Positions 23,578 to 34,918 of a stretch of DNA of 64,000 bases are shown here, in pieces. Within the stretch, counting starts at the first letter, position 1. Each line of letters starts with the position of its first letter. Below the pieces are notes generated by a model, which saw only the letters and a list, made by a program, of their open reading frames with translations, was not told the origin of the DNA and ran no database searches. Made by a program: the position numbers and the translations under genes. The DNA is from Folioceros fuciformis (Eukaryota). Location of the stretch: positions 224,743 to 288,742 of the forward strand of contig JBNGIO010006223.1 in the NCBI GenBank assembly GCA_049999805.1, written 5' to 3'.

Positions 23578-26205
23578 CTAATCACCAACCAAAAACGTGT
23601 GCACCTGTCCGTCCATGTCTGTCCACCAGCTGTGGCCGGGCTGCTTCCATGCCCCGACTTCTTTTCTCCGATCCTGGATCTCCTGTGCGTGCTGCCACAT
23701 GCGGGCAGCGGCATATATGTTTGATATTAATACATACGGTACTGGATCTCTTTCGTCTAGCTTCACAGCTTCTTCAAAAGCTAAGCGCCCCACACCCACA
23801 TTGCTCCACTTTTGACAGGCACCCAATAGGTTGCGCCAAACTGCAGCATCAGGAGGTACAGGCATCGTCCGTATCACACCTAGCGCCTCCTCTAATTGGC
23901 CTGCACGACCCAGGAGATCCACCATGCATGTGTAGTGCTCTGCCGTGGGACTGATGCCAAATTGCCCGCTCATAGCCTCCAAGTACTCTCGCCCCTTGTT
24001 CACTAAACCCGCATGACTGCACACTGTTAGTACACTGAGAAAGGTAATACCAGCTGGCTGGACGTCATCCTCTCTCATTTTCCGCCACAAGTCGAAGACA
24101 AAGTCACTGTCACCTTGACGGGTGTAGCCCGCAATCAGTGCACTCCAGGCAACAACATCTCTTTTGGGTAATGCTTCAAACACCTGCCGTGCATCAACCA
24201 TGCTCCCCGAATGTGCATACATATTTATCAAACCGACGGCTACGAGCTCATCCGCTTGAAGACCCTGTTCCTCAATCTGTGCGTGAAGTTGCCTTCCCAG
24301 CTCCAAAGCTGCAACACTTGCACATGCCTGCAGGAGGCAGGAAAATGTCACACAATCAGGTGCAATGATCCCTTCCTCTTGCATAGCCCGGTAAAGCCCA
24401 AAGACTTCCTCTACCAGGCCCTGCTGGTAGTAGCCTGCCATCATGGCATTCCACGTCACCACATTTTTCTGATCGAGTCCTTCAAACACCCTTTGGGCCT
24501 CTTCCAGGCTGCCGCACTTCGCGTACATATTTACCAAGCTGCAACCTACAACCTCGTCGGCCTCAAATCCCCGTAATCCAATTTGTGCATGAAGCTGCTT
24601 CCCATTTTCCAAAGCTGGAGTTCCAACGCTTGCACACGCCTGCAAGAGAGATGCAAATGCCACAGTGTCGGGTACAGCAATGCCTTCATTTTGCATGGCA
24701 CTAAAAAGCTGAAGCGCTTCCTCACCCATACCCTGCTGTGCATAGCCTACTATCAGCGCAGTCCATGTCACCACATCTTTTTCACCAAGCCCGTCAAACA
24801 CCTTTTGAGCATCTTCCAAGCTGCCACACTTGGCATACATGTTTACCAAACCGCAACCTATAAACACATCAGCCTCAAGTCCTTGTTCTCTAATTTCTGC
24901 ATGAAGCTGCTTCCCCTTCTCCAGAGTCGGGCTGCCCAAACTTGCGCACGCCTGCAGGAGGCAGACAAGTGTCACAGGGTCAGGTGCAACCATGCCTTCT
25001 TCCTGCATAGTCATGTAGAGGCTAAGGGCCTTCTGTCCCTTCCCTTGCTGAGAATACCCTGCTATCATGGCATTCCACGTCACGATATCTTTTTGACCAA
25101 GTCCATCGAAAACATTTTCAGCATCCATCAAGCTACCACACTTGGCATACATATCCACCAGGCAATTGCAAACGAACAAGTTGGGCTCAACCCCAGCGGC
25201 CAACACATCAGCATGCACTCGCTGCCCAGCTTTCAAGTCTGCCCCCTTTGCACAAGCTTGAAGGGCTGCTACAAACACATGGGCATCCGGCTTCACACTT
25301 GACCGGCACATCTCGTAGTACATTTGTATCGCCTCCTTAGTTCGTCCATGGTTGACTTGTGCAGAAATTATGGAGGACCACATGAAGGCATTTGGTTTGG
25401 CAACCACAGTGAACACATCCATAGCTTCTTGCAACCTGGCGTGAGACGAATACATCCGCAGAATGTGGTTGCACAAGAAGGCGTCTGACTCGTAGCCCAT
25501 TTTCACACTGAGGGCATGAAGACGTCGACCCAGAACCAGATCCTTCTGCGTCACACATCGTTTCAGAACAGTGTAGAGAAGAGACTGAGATACACGACGG
25601 TTCTTGTGCACCAGAACTCCCAGAGCCTCAATAGCCTGAGTGAGCTGCCTCTGCTCACACAGTCTGCTCACAGTATCAGCCGTCACCCCCTCTCCGTATC
25701 CTGCGCGCCGAAGAGAATCAGAATCATCAGCCACGCTCCAATTTGTTGCAGGCGAACGACGACCCGTGCAAATCTCCAGTGCAACGAGTTGAGGATTCGC
25801 AGCAACACCATCCGTCTCACACAATTTTTTTAGCCAGAAGAACTCCTGGGATAGCCCATGGCCGAGGTCGGGCCAATTGGATCCCCCATTTTGTTGCCTG
25901 TATTCGCTTTCAAGAGGATGCCCCAGAAAGGACTGGCGCCACAAGAGCTCTTGGCGGCAACCGACCCCTCCAGAACAGTCGCTTTCACGTGTTAACGCAG
26001 AGGCAAGGGCCACTTCACTCCGGCCTTGCTTCCTCACCTTCGGCCCAGAAGAAGTGCAATGGGCCAGGCAGCCGTGACTTGCAGGGACAGTCGGCGAGCC
26101 GAAGACGCCCAGTCTGGCTCTGAAGTCCAGCCTCGGTGCTCTGCCGGAGCAAGTGCCGCAACTGACACAGTCCATGCTGGCAGACGCTGCATATGCTCTT
26201 TCCAT
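23578..26205 (-). CDS. PLS-class PPR protein with E1/E2 and WW-type PG box, truncated before the deaminase core
   Basis: About 17 P/L/S motifs, E1 (AAVWRNLLGAC), E2 (PYVLISNIYAAA), ends KQPGHSWWTDMDGQVHTFLVGD*. No HxE/CxxC. First ATG at 26205; transit-like N-terminus. Confidence 0.92.
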   Translation of the reverse strand: MERAYAASASMDCVSCGTCSGRAPRLDFRARLGVFGSPTVPASHGCLAHCTSSGPKVRKQGRSEVALASALTRESDCSGGVGCRQELLWRQSFLGHPLESEYRQQNGGSNWPDLGHGLSQEFFWLKKLCETDGVAANPQLVALEICTGRRSPATNWSVADDSDSLRRAGYGEGVTADTVSRLCEQRQLTQAIEALGVLVHKNRRVSQSLLYTVLKRCVTQKDLVLGRRLHALSVKMGYESDAFLCNHILRMYSSHARLQEAMDVFTVVAKPNAFMWSSIISAQVNHGRTKEAIQMYYEMCRSSVKPDAHVFVAALQACAKGADLKAGQRVHADVLAAGVEPNLFVCNCLVDMYAKCGSLMDAENVFDGLGQKDIVTWNAMIAGYSQQGKGQKALSLYMTMQEEGMVAPDPVTLVCLLQACASLGSPTLEKGKQLHAEIREQGLEADVFIGCGLVNMYAKCGSLEDAQKVFDGLGEKDVVTWTALIVGYAQQGMGEEALQLFSAMQNEGIAVPDTVAFASLLQACASVGTPALENGKQLHAQIGLRGFEADEVVGCSLVNMYAKCGSLEEAQRVFEGLDQKNVVTWNAMMAGYYQQGLVEEVFGLYRAMQEEGIIAPDCVTFSCLLQACASVAALELGRQLHAQIEEQGLQADELVAVGLINMYAHSGSMVDARQVFEALPKRDVVAWSALIAGYTRQGDSDFVFDLWRKMREDDVQPAGITFLSVLTVCSHAGLVNKGREYLEAMSGQFGISPTAEHYTCMVDLLGRAGQLEEALGVIRTMPVPPDAAVWRNLLGACQKWSNVGVGRLAFEEAVKLDERDPVPYVLISNIYAAARMWQHAQEIQDRRKEVGAWKQPGHSWWTDMDGQVHTFLVGD

Positions 26206-27334
26206 GCCCAACCTTGATACCACAATTTGGAGCAGGCATTTTTTCCGTGTCTCATCCGGCACATTTCAGTGCCTGCGGAAGCTTTCCAACCCCCTGTCAT
26301 TCATGTTTCGCGTCAAATGCTATCGCACTGCTTTCCGATCTCCGGCAACAGAAACGAAAGTCGATAAGCCCTAAAACTACAGCTGGTCCCTGTATAACAA
26401 GGGTCAAACTCTTCCACATTGTCTTCAATGCGAAAATGACAACCTAGCCTGTAGGGAGAAAGTGCAGGGTACCACTTCCAGACTAGAGAAGCTTGGAAGT
26501 CTAGCTTGAAGACTTCAACGAACCACACCGACTTCACTCACACTTTCTCCTTTCAGAATAAACGTCGAGGCATCTTTCTGAGAATCTGCGTCGAGTGTAT
26601 CCGCAAAGTGCCTCAACGGCTCCTGCCACCGCGAGCCCTATAGTGTGAGCGAAGCGATCAGTGAGACCGTTAAACCTAAGGATGGTGAGCGGCAAGAACA
26701 AACACCGAAATCTACCTTATCTCTTCCTTTTCCGCAGGAATTGGGGGAGTCTGCTGGGATTCTCCGCACCCATGCTAAGCTTGCTTTCCTTATCACCTCG
26801 GAACAAAAAGCCGACTGCTACAATTAAGGACCAAATAATGCATTTGCGAGTGTGAAATCCAGACGGAAACATTAGCTCGCTCCATTCTTTTCTGCCCCGC
26901 AAGTTGGAACCCGAGCCCCACAAATGTCAGTCTGATTCAGACACGAAAACGTCGGGACCCGTAGGAGGAGGTAGGGAATCACTATGGCATCCGGAGCAAA
27001 ACTGTAGATGAAGCTGACGGGTGGCAGCCATGATGAACGGTGAGTGCCTGCTCTGGTTGTGGACAGAGTCGGGATGCTCACATTAATCGTTCCTTGCTTA
27101 GTTACAATTTTACAGAAAGGTACCAATGAGTGTTGTGTAACCAGGTCGCAACGGAACGAAGGGCTCTTCAGGGGTTTAACTGAGAGGGAACGGGTGCGGC
27201 TCGCGCCATGGCACAGGAGTAGCCGCGACTGAGGAAGTGCTGGGATGTAGCCATGGAGAATCTTGTCTGAGGGACAGTGCAATGGTGGCAGTATTTATGT
27301 GACGTGTGATTTTTTAGGGTGGCGCACTGTGAGC

Positions 27335-29026
27335 ATGGCGACGCTGAGAAGCGTCCCGAGTTGCCACCTTTTCGCAGGTTCTAGAAATGAGCAGCGGCTC
27401 AGCAGCACATGGCGCAGCTCGGAGCATCCACTTCATGGCGTACGACTGGAAAGTAGAAATGTGCGACTGCGATTGGCATTTCCTTCTCGCCTTGCCAAAG
27501 AATGCCATAGGTGGCGTCATGGGGTGCAGAGCAGAAGCGGTCCAAGGATTGGCGTCACTGTGTGTAGGGGTGCAGAGCCAGAAGATGCCTCGAGCGATTT
27601 GCGTGGAGCTCCTCCCTCGACTGTGGGGAGGCCCAAAAAGTTCAGGAGCGGTGTTTTACAGCTCACGAAGTGGAGCATATCCTTCAACGACGCCGCACAG
27701 GCATTCTTCAAGAGTGAGATCAGGCGCAGGATATGTGTTACCGTTCTACTGCTTATGGCCAGCCGGGTGGGCTACTTCATCCCTCTACCCGGGTTCGATC
27801 GGCGCTTCATGCCGGGGAACTACCTGGGTTTTGTACTCGGAACAACAGAGGAAGTGGGAGAGCTGGTGCCAGAGCTGAAATTGTCGCTGTTCCAGCTTGG
27901 TATAAGCCCCTACATTTTTGCATCCATTGTAATGCAACTTGGATGTAACATGGTTCCAGCTCTTATTAAAATTCGGAAGGAGGGCATTGACGGTAACGAG
28001 AGAATCCAGAGATACGTTTGGTGGCTGTCATTGGCAGTTGCTGTAGTGGAGGCAATTGTGCTTGCGTTTCACTCAGCTTCCTATTCGATCTATGCTGCCA
28101 AGAACAAGTTCGGATATGTGACGGTGACCACTGGCCTCCTAGCAGCAGGAGCCATGGCGATGCATGCCATCTGTGAAAAAACGACGGAAGCTGGATTTGG
28201 ACATGGCTCATCTCTCATCATCTGTGTGGGCATCCTCACAGGCTATTCAGACACGCTGTTCAACATCATCTCCAACCTGTCCCGGGGTGGTGCAAGCTGG
28301 GGACCGCAGATTTTACTCTTCGTCGCCATTTTCTTGGTCATGACAATGTGGGCCGTGCTGGTGACCGAGGGTCGTCGGAAGGTGAAGCTGCAGTATTACA
28401 ATTTTGAGCTTGCCCCGACCAGCAGCGGGGCTGAGTTTTTGTACAGGCTGGGGGTAGCAACCCCTGAGGTTGAACCGTATATCCCATTCAACCTCAACCC
28501 AGGGGGGATGCAGCCCGTTCTAGCCACAACGTATCTTATGGCCCTTCCAGGTATCCTTGCAGCTTTCACCAGGAATCCCTTTTGGGTCAGGTTGACAGAG
28601 CTTCTCAACCCTGCCTTGCCTCCTGCTCCGGGAGCGCAGCCTTGGATTTACTACTCGCTTAGCATTTTCTTCATTTTTGTGTTCAACGTCCTGGACATCA
28701 GTGATACTCCCAAGGAAATTGCCAACTACATGCTAAAGATAGGAGCGAGGATTCCTAAAGTGAAACCAGGCCGGCAGACCATAGAATATTTGAACAAGGT
28801 TCAGGCATCCACGCGGTTCTGGGGAGGGTTGTTGTTGGGCTTGCTTGTCACTGTGTCTACGTTGGTGGACTTCAAGTTTCGATCACTCAGTAACACAGGG
28901 GGCAGCGCTATCGGCTTTACGTCTATGCTCATCATCGTAGGTTCCATCATAGAGCTCCGCAGGTCCTTTGCTGCCTACAACGTCATGCCTGCACTCACCA
29001 AAGTATTGCGCCGTTATGGTGCATAG
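27335..29026 (+). CDS. SCY2: Plastid preprotein translocase subunit SecY2; intronless CDS
   Basis: Transit peptide, then FFKSEIRRR...SRVGYFIPLPGFDRR, LSLFQLGISPYI, GFGHGSSLIIC, YIPFNLNPGGMQP, GARIPKVKPG and GFTSMLIIVG. Confidence 0.93.
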   Translation: MATLRSVPSCHLFAGSRNEQRLSSTWRSSEHPLHGVRLESRNVRLRLAFPSRLAKECHRWRHGVQSRSGPRIGVTVCRGAEPEDASSDLRGAPPSTVGRPKKFRSGVLQLTKWSISFNDAAQAFFKSEIRRRICVTVLLLMASRVGYFIPLPGFDRRFMPGNYLGFVLGTTEEVGELVPELKLSLFQLGISPYIFASIVMQLGCNMVPALIKIRKEGIDGNERIQRYVWWLSLAVAVVEAIVLAFHSASYSIYAAKNKFGYVTVTTGLLAAGAMAMHAICEKTTEAGFGHGSSLIICVGILTGYSDTLFNIISNLSRGGASWGPQILLFVAIFLVMTMWAVLVTEGRRKVKLQYYNFELAPTSSGAEFLYRLGVATPEVEPYIPFNLNPGGMQPVLATTYLMALPGILAAFTRNPFWVRLTELLNPALPPAPGAQPWIYYSLSIFFIFVFNVLDISDTPKEIANYMLKIGARIPKVKPGRQTIEYLNKVQASTRFWGGLLLGLLVTVSTLVDFKFRSLSNTGGSAIGFTSMLIIVGSIIELRRSFAAYNVMPALTKVLRRYGA

Positions 29027-29888
29027 CACCTCGCCACTTTTCACTTTCAGGTACATGCGCACATTCCTGCCGTGCTGAACTTGTCCGTTGTAACATCAAA
29101 CACGCAAGTACTAAGAAACAAGTATTTTCCACCTCACAATCACCACCTGTTTAGCCGTCACTCTGCGCTACTTCTATACTTATGGGTTGAGGAGTGTGGC
29201 CACAACAAGGCTGATTGCCGCATCCCAAGCAGACGTAACAGCATACGAGAAGCCAGTAGGTACTCAAAAGAGACTATGTAGTAACCCTTGTTCTAGCTCT
29301 TGGAACATTATTGGAACAAATCGGATGTGGTTGGTGCTGGCAAGGGCAGTATATCAAAGCTCAACAATCATGTTGCCCATGAAGTCACTGTTGGCGCCGA
29401 TAAATTAGACATCTTGCAAACAGGGGGTTCAGGTGCCTGACTGAAGAGGGATAGGATGGCGTTATGTCTTCTGAATAATCTCAAAGCCAACAGCTCCGTA
29501 CTTAGTGATACTAACGTCAGACTCAAGCCAATCACTAGTAAACAGCCCGTCTACTGCTGTTAGCCATGTCTACAAAGCCAGATTTTAACTTCCGCGATAC
29601 ACACAGCCTCAAAGGTCGGGTTCGAGGCATCCATTTCCGTGATACACACAGCCTCAAGGTCGGGTAAGAGGCATTCATCCTGTACAAGCAGATATTGGAC
29701 TTCAGCCACATCCATACCTCCCTTTTGTCAGGTTGCTCTCCGCCGCCAGTTGTCAGATAGACATCTTATCAGGGCCCCAGGTGATGCCAGCTTCCCTTGT
29801 CAGCTGAGATGCTACCAAGGCTACGGCAAGACAGTGCTCTCCCAGCTGCAGCACTGCTTGCTTGTACCTTTCCACCTCGACGACCTTG

Positions 29889-32123
29889 TTATCCCTGAAG
29901 GACCTTCCGAGGGTCTAATTGTCCACTAAAATAGCTTGACGGCACAGCAGATAACTCTTGTCGCCCTTTCCATTCCTCACCAGGCTTCAAAACGATTGGC
30001 TTCTCAACAGCAGCTGCCTCCAAACATAACATATGCTTGTACTCATCGTCCCCAAAATCTGGTAATGCTTTTGCCTTCTTCTCCCAAGGATTCCAGACCA
30101 CTACAACAGCGTGACCAATTAAATATAGCGGCAACAGTCCAGGTGAAAACTATTAACTAGTGCATGTGCAAACGAAACTTGGAAACAATGGCAGTGACAG
30201 AATATCACACCTGCATCAGGTAGACCCTCTTTCTTAAGCACGTAAGTTCTTTTCTTCTCATGATCGATAACAGCTATCTTAGTAGGCGTGCCGAGATATA
30301 TTCTATCCACCTGGCTTTGGAAGAGATTGAGTCAGTGGTAGCCCATTCGGCTTACCAACTAAACGTAGCAGCGAAGGAAATGTGTATGGTAGCAGTACCT
30401 CTTCATCAAAAGTTAGCGCATCTCCTTGTTCCGTCTTGCGTTCCTGTTTCTGCAAATTGTCCAGATAATCTAAAGTCTCGAGACCCTCTATTCTGACTTC
30501 ACTGCAGCAGTCACACAAACAGATAGAAATTACACTTGCTTGAAACCTGCACCTCCTCTTCTTTCCTCCTTTCCAAGTGACACTATAGAGTGATCATAAA
30601 ACGAAGACAGAAAATGAAATGTTTTTTGTTCAACTATCTACCGTATCCTTCCACCCCAGAAAGAGAAGCCTTAGATGGCCTGATGGATTGACTTATGGCT
30701 TTATGAGGCTGTCATTTCAGCAGTTCTTCAAGCTAGAGAGCGCAAGTAGTAAAAAGAACTTGTTTGCTCATTAGCTGGAAAACAAAAATTCAGACAAAGA
30801 CTCATGATGCAAGGACGTACAACAAGCAAATCTGCCTTCATTCTCTCCAATCTAGCATCAACAGGGACCAGATGCAGTGCAAAGTCTATGAAGCCCGTTA
30901 AGTGAGTTGGAGCAGACCTGATGTCTGAAACAGAGAGGTAGGTGTGGAATGCAAATGTGAATGAAAAGGCCTTGCTGTCTGTATTTCGAACCCTTGATGT
31001 CAAAGTGAGGTCTCCAGAGGAACCCAGAGCAACCCGCAGTCGCAGTTCAAAACTGTACCACATCAACGATGAGAGACATCATACTCTATGAAACAGCAAA
31101 AAGAGCAACTCATGGCGCTCCGTCAGTTTACCCGACATGACTACGGAATGCTAATAATAGGCAACGAAGAGAGGTCATCGGCTCAGAATGAGGGTTTAAA
31201 CACTATTCAAGTACTGCGAAGACAGACGAAGCAAATCGATATTATTTTCACCTGTGCGGCCACTTCGATTCCTCCTCCGTATTCCTCAGAACTAAATCAA
31301 CCGAGATCTTGTTGNNNNNNNNNNNNNNNNNNNNNNNNNNNNNNNNNNNNNNNNNNNNNNNNNNNNNNNNNNNNNNNNNNNNNNNNNNNNNNNNNNNNNN
31401 NNNNNNNNNNNNNNGCTCCAGGGGTCCAAAGCCAGCGAACTGGGAACAGAGAGCGGTACGGTGTCAGACGAATTTCGAAAATGAAGCAACCGTTAGTGCT
31501 TAGAGTTCGTGGAAGAGGCACAACACATGCATCCTCACCTGCGGAAAACATATTGGAATGCCGCCTCTGATTGCCTTTGGTGGTTTGAATATCGCCTGGA
31601 GAGCAGCATTGTTAACAACCCGCAACGAAAGAATGCAGGAGGACAGTGCATTTATAGTGTCAGAGGGGCAACGGGGTAGCGGTGGTGAGTTAGTCCAACC
31701 TTGCTGCTCAAAAACAAGAGCTCGTCTCCTTTATCATTTTTCCACGACGTTACATGCCCGCCATACAACTGGATCTGCAAGGGAACTAAGTGGGAGACAA
31801 GAGTTAGCCTTCAGCAACTCCGGAAGAAGGCAGCAATCACGGAAGGTGACGTTCCCGTGGTCATACGCGTACATAACTAGGAGTCTCAGAAAGAGGGGCA
31901 TGCAATCTCGCCCCCGTAGCCCGCAACCGAGTAGTGGCCATACAAGTCACTTGGTGGAGGACGAGGGTAAAGAGGCAATGTGAAGCGAACCGAGGACAAT
32001 TGGGGAGCGATAGGATAGGGATCAGGGTAAGAGGGGCAACACCTTTACCTGGGCAGATGGTCCACGGGGGTCTCGGAGGATGATCTTATCTAACCCATTC
32101 GCGTCCTTCACCATATCCATCAT
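29889..32123 (-). CDS. Glucose-6-phosphate 1-epimerase (aldose 1-epimerase family), multi-exon, spans a gap
   Basis: GLDKIILRDPRG, LYGGHVTSWKN, AIFKPPKAIRGGIPICFPQ, FTFAFHTYLSVSDI, GLETLDYLDNL, VVWNPWEKKAK...HMLCLEAA. Start may lie further upstream. Confidence 0.92.
31315..31414. other. Assembly gap (100 N)
   Basis: Run of N, inside the epimerase gene. Confidence 1.
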
Positions 32124-32517
32124 CCTCTTCCGCGGTGCCGATTCCTTGTTTATGTCGTGGTTTCTTCCTGAATAGGTACGCTTCAGAATTGATTTTCCAT
32201 ACCACAGCCGCTACAACGAGCAGACCTGCGCGGAACCCCTCCAAACCTGCTCAACGCTGACCCTCCCTGTTACTGGCACAGGTGACCTAACGATGAGCAA
32301 ACGCAACACCCTGGAGACAACACTTCACAACCGAGGGGACAGGTCACAACAAATACAAATATGTATCTGATGTGATGTGATGTGGTTTGTGACGTCTGTG
32401 GTCGACACGGCCAGCCGTTTTCCGGACAGAAGTACCAACGTTGAAGGAGCGAGCCGACGTCTATGCGCGTGAAAGAAAAAAAAAAATTTGTATCGCCCAA
32501 ACTTTTATTCACCCATG

Positions 32518-34564
32518 TCATCGATTCACGTTTTCATAGTCAAGAGCAAGCTGTTCCAACATCTTATCGAATTTCACAGCACTCTCGTCTCGTTTGTCAA
32601 GCTCCTCCCCTTCCAGTGCCAGCCATTTCTCGCGAAGGTCATCCAGGATGTTTCCTCGCACTTCTTTGCTTGCTTCTCCCAGTGCCGCAGGGACACTGGT
32701 CCGGAGACACGATTCGCCCGACGGGGGTGGAAGACTCGCAACCATTGCACGGAATTCTGGGATTGATACAAATAGTTTTAAGTTCAGAGCCATGACATCC
32801 AGACAATGGTCTCGTAATTTCCACACACCATACCTGGAGACAACCAGAGAGCAACAACAGAAAATCAGGGGTGAGGCCGAGCCGAGGAAGGCTTATATAA
32901 ATGCATGACAACATGGGAGGTGGACGGACATATCAGCCATAAGCAGCCAACTGCACAGTTCTGCAGGAGATGTAAGCTCGAGCTGTGGTAGCAGAGCGCC
33001 AGCAACAGCACGCTTCAGGCTGAACACCAGGTACCGTGAAGCTGCGTCGAATATTTCCTCTGCCTACACGTACAGAAGCAGAGAAAAGAAATGAATCCCA
33101 TCCAGAGGACCACAATTCTACTTCAAGAAAACAGAAACACGCACACACACAAATAATCTACCTCACTAGGGTCGACATTCTCCAAAGTGTCTGTGTACCT
33201 GGAAAAGCAACCGACCTGATGTGCTCAGCTGCTGGTACGTGAACAACAGACGTGGGTTCAAGTGAAGTAAGAAAAGGGCATGGACGCTTACACGAACTCC
33301 AGCAGACTCTGGAAAGCACTCGAGCTTATATCATGTTCTTCAAGCACGGGCAGCCCCTTGATCGTTCTCGATCCATTCTGGACTTCAGTTGATCGACAAA
33401 ACCTTGCCCTGAAATACTCCGACCGTGCTGCTAGTATGAACTTATGAGCTCTAAACATCCGACCCTCAACAAGGAAGCATACGTCCGCATGGTCCTCCTC
33501 CACTACCTCTCCTGTGACTGTAAACAAGGATTGCAACCATAATCCGTGTCATCCGCGGCCATAGCAGTACATTCTGATGTTTGCTGAGAGTCCTGACCTC
33601 TACGTTGATGAGCCACAGGTTGCTGTGTGTCGGAATTGGCTAGGGTGAGTAAAAAGAGATTGCGCATGGCTGCTGGAAGCCGGTGCTGGTCAGTAAGAGC
33701 GGACCCCTGCAAAATATATCTCCGCTGCGACTGATCAGCCCCGCGGAGAGACTTGTACTCGGCATATTTCTGATGCACGAGCTCCTTCTCTAGGTGCGCC
33801 TGAAGGGCACGGCAACCGCAAACCCTGCAGATCCTAATCAGGTCGTCCATGTCCTCCACCGCCACATCCAACCTGTCGCTGTAGAAAAAATGGAGAAGGC
33901 TGAACAGCGCGGAGAAGGAAAGTTTACGTCGTGCGAGGCGTATCTCGTCCCTGTCCCTCCACTCGTTGGCAAACTTGTGACAGAAGAAAGGCGAACGGGC
34001 AGCCAGTAATGCCCGATGCACAGAAATTGGCTTGTCAGAAACGTGAAAGACCATGTCGCAGGCTAAGCATGGCGCAGCAGCGGGATCGATGACGTTCCCC
34101 GCATCGCAGTAGGCCGAGTTGACGCCCGCGGTCAAAAGAGCTTGGCGAAGAGCAGCAGGAAGAGGCTGCAGCGGCGGAGGGCGGGCCTCGAACGCTTTAA
34201 GCAGCTTACGCACTTGTAGATTGAGTGCGGCATAGTAGCATCGGTCCCCATCGTAGGTGTGTTCGCTGCAGATTGCCCCATTATTCAACAGCAAGAGAGC
34301 AGCATCCAGGTGGCCGGCAAGACAGGCGTAGTACAGTGCCACAGAATCCCACCGGTCCCGAGCGTTCACATCCACACCCTGGTCCTCGAGCCAGAAGCGC
34401 AGTCGGTCGACATCGCCGGCGCGTGCTGCCTCGTACACATCTCCGAATGGAACCTTCTTCCGCGGCAGCGGAGGCTCCTCCTCCTCGTCTCCTAAGAAAA
34501 TTGCGTCCAAGTCACTCTCAGGAGGGAGCGGCGCAGTGGCGTTGGCAGTCGCAGGGGGCTCCAT
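32518..34564 (-). CDS. Ankyrin-repeat plus double BTB/POZ protein (ABTB1-like), multi-exon
   Basis: [13 protein letters not shown]...[23 protein letters not shown]1 [16 protein letters not shown]2 [28 protein letters not shown]-terminal LDDLREKWL...ELDKRDESA. Confidence 0.92.
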
Positions 34565-34712
34565 AGCCGGTTGCGGCCATCAAACCCAACTCCAAAAAAA
34601 AACCTTGCTGCTTGGTCCGGCCACTGCCAGACCCGCCAGGGCCCTGCATGCCCGGCTGCGGACACACATGATGCTAGCTCCCTCCGGACATACGTGTACA
34701 TACTGAGTTGTG

Positions 34713-34754
34713 CACATACATACATACATACATGCATGCATGCATACATACATA
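34713..34754. repeat. (TACA)n/(TGCA)n tetranucleotide microsatellite in a divergent intergenic region
   Basis: acatacatacatacatacatgcatgcatgcatacatacata. Confidence 0.9.
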
Positions 34755-34918
34755 GGTTGTACTTACCGACGCACGTTGGTACGGTGTGCACACACTTGGC
34801 GCGTACAAACTCTGCCCCTCATTCTATGGCTAGAGCTCAGCTGGGTAGGACTAGGGCGGGTTGACGAAGGCGGCATCGTGTTTGTTGTCCCCGCTCTGGA
34901 ATCTGGATTTGCACTACC

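Noticed and set aside
23578-23580. Idea that the TAG is repaired by U-to-C editing of the nuclear transcript
   Set aside because: Such editing is known only in organelles, and read-through would add only ~25 residues without a deaminase.
27335-29026. secY as a plastid-genome insertion or bacterial gene
   Set aside because: It has a long transit peptide and SCY2-type motifs, with no ribosomal-protein operon context.
33503-33600. Apparent frameshift between the two BTB-domain ORFs
   Set aside because: Resolved by an ordinary ~80-nt GT-AG intron (AGAG|gtcagg...acag).
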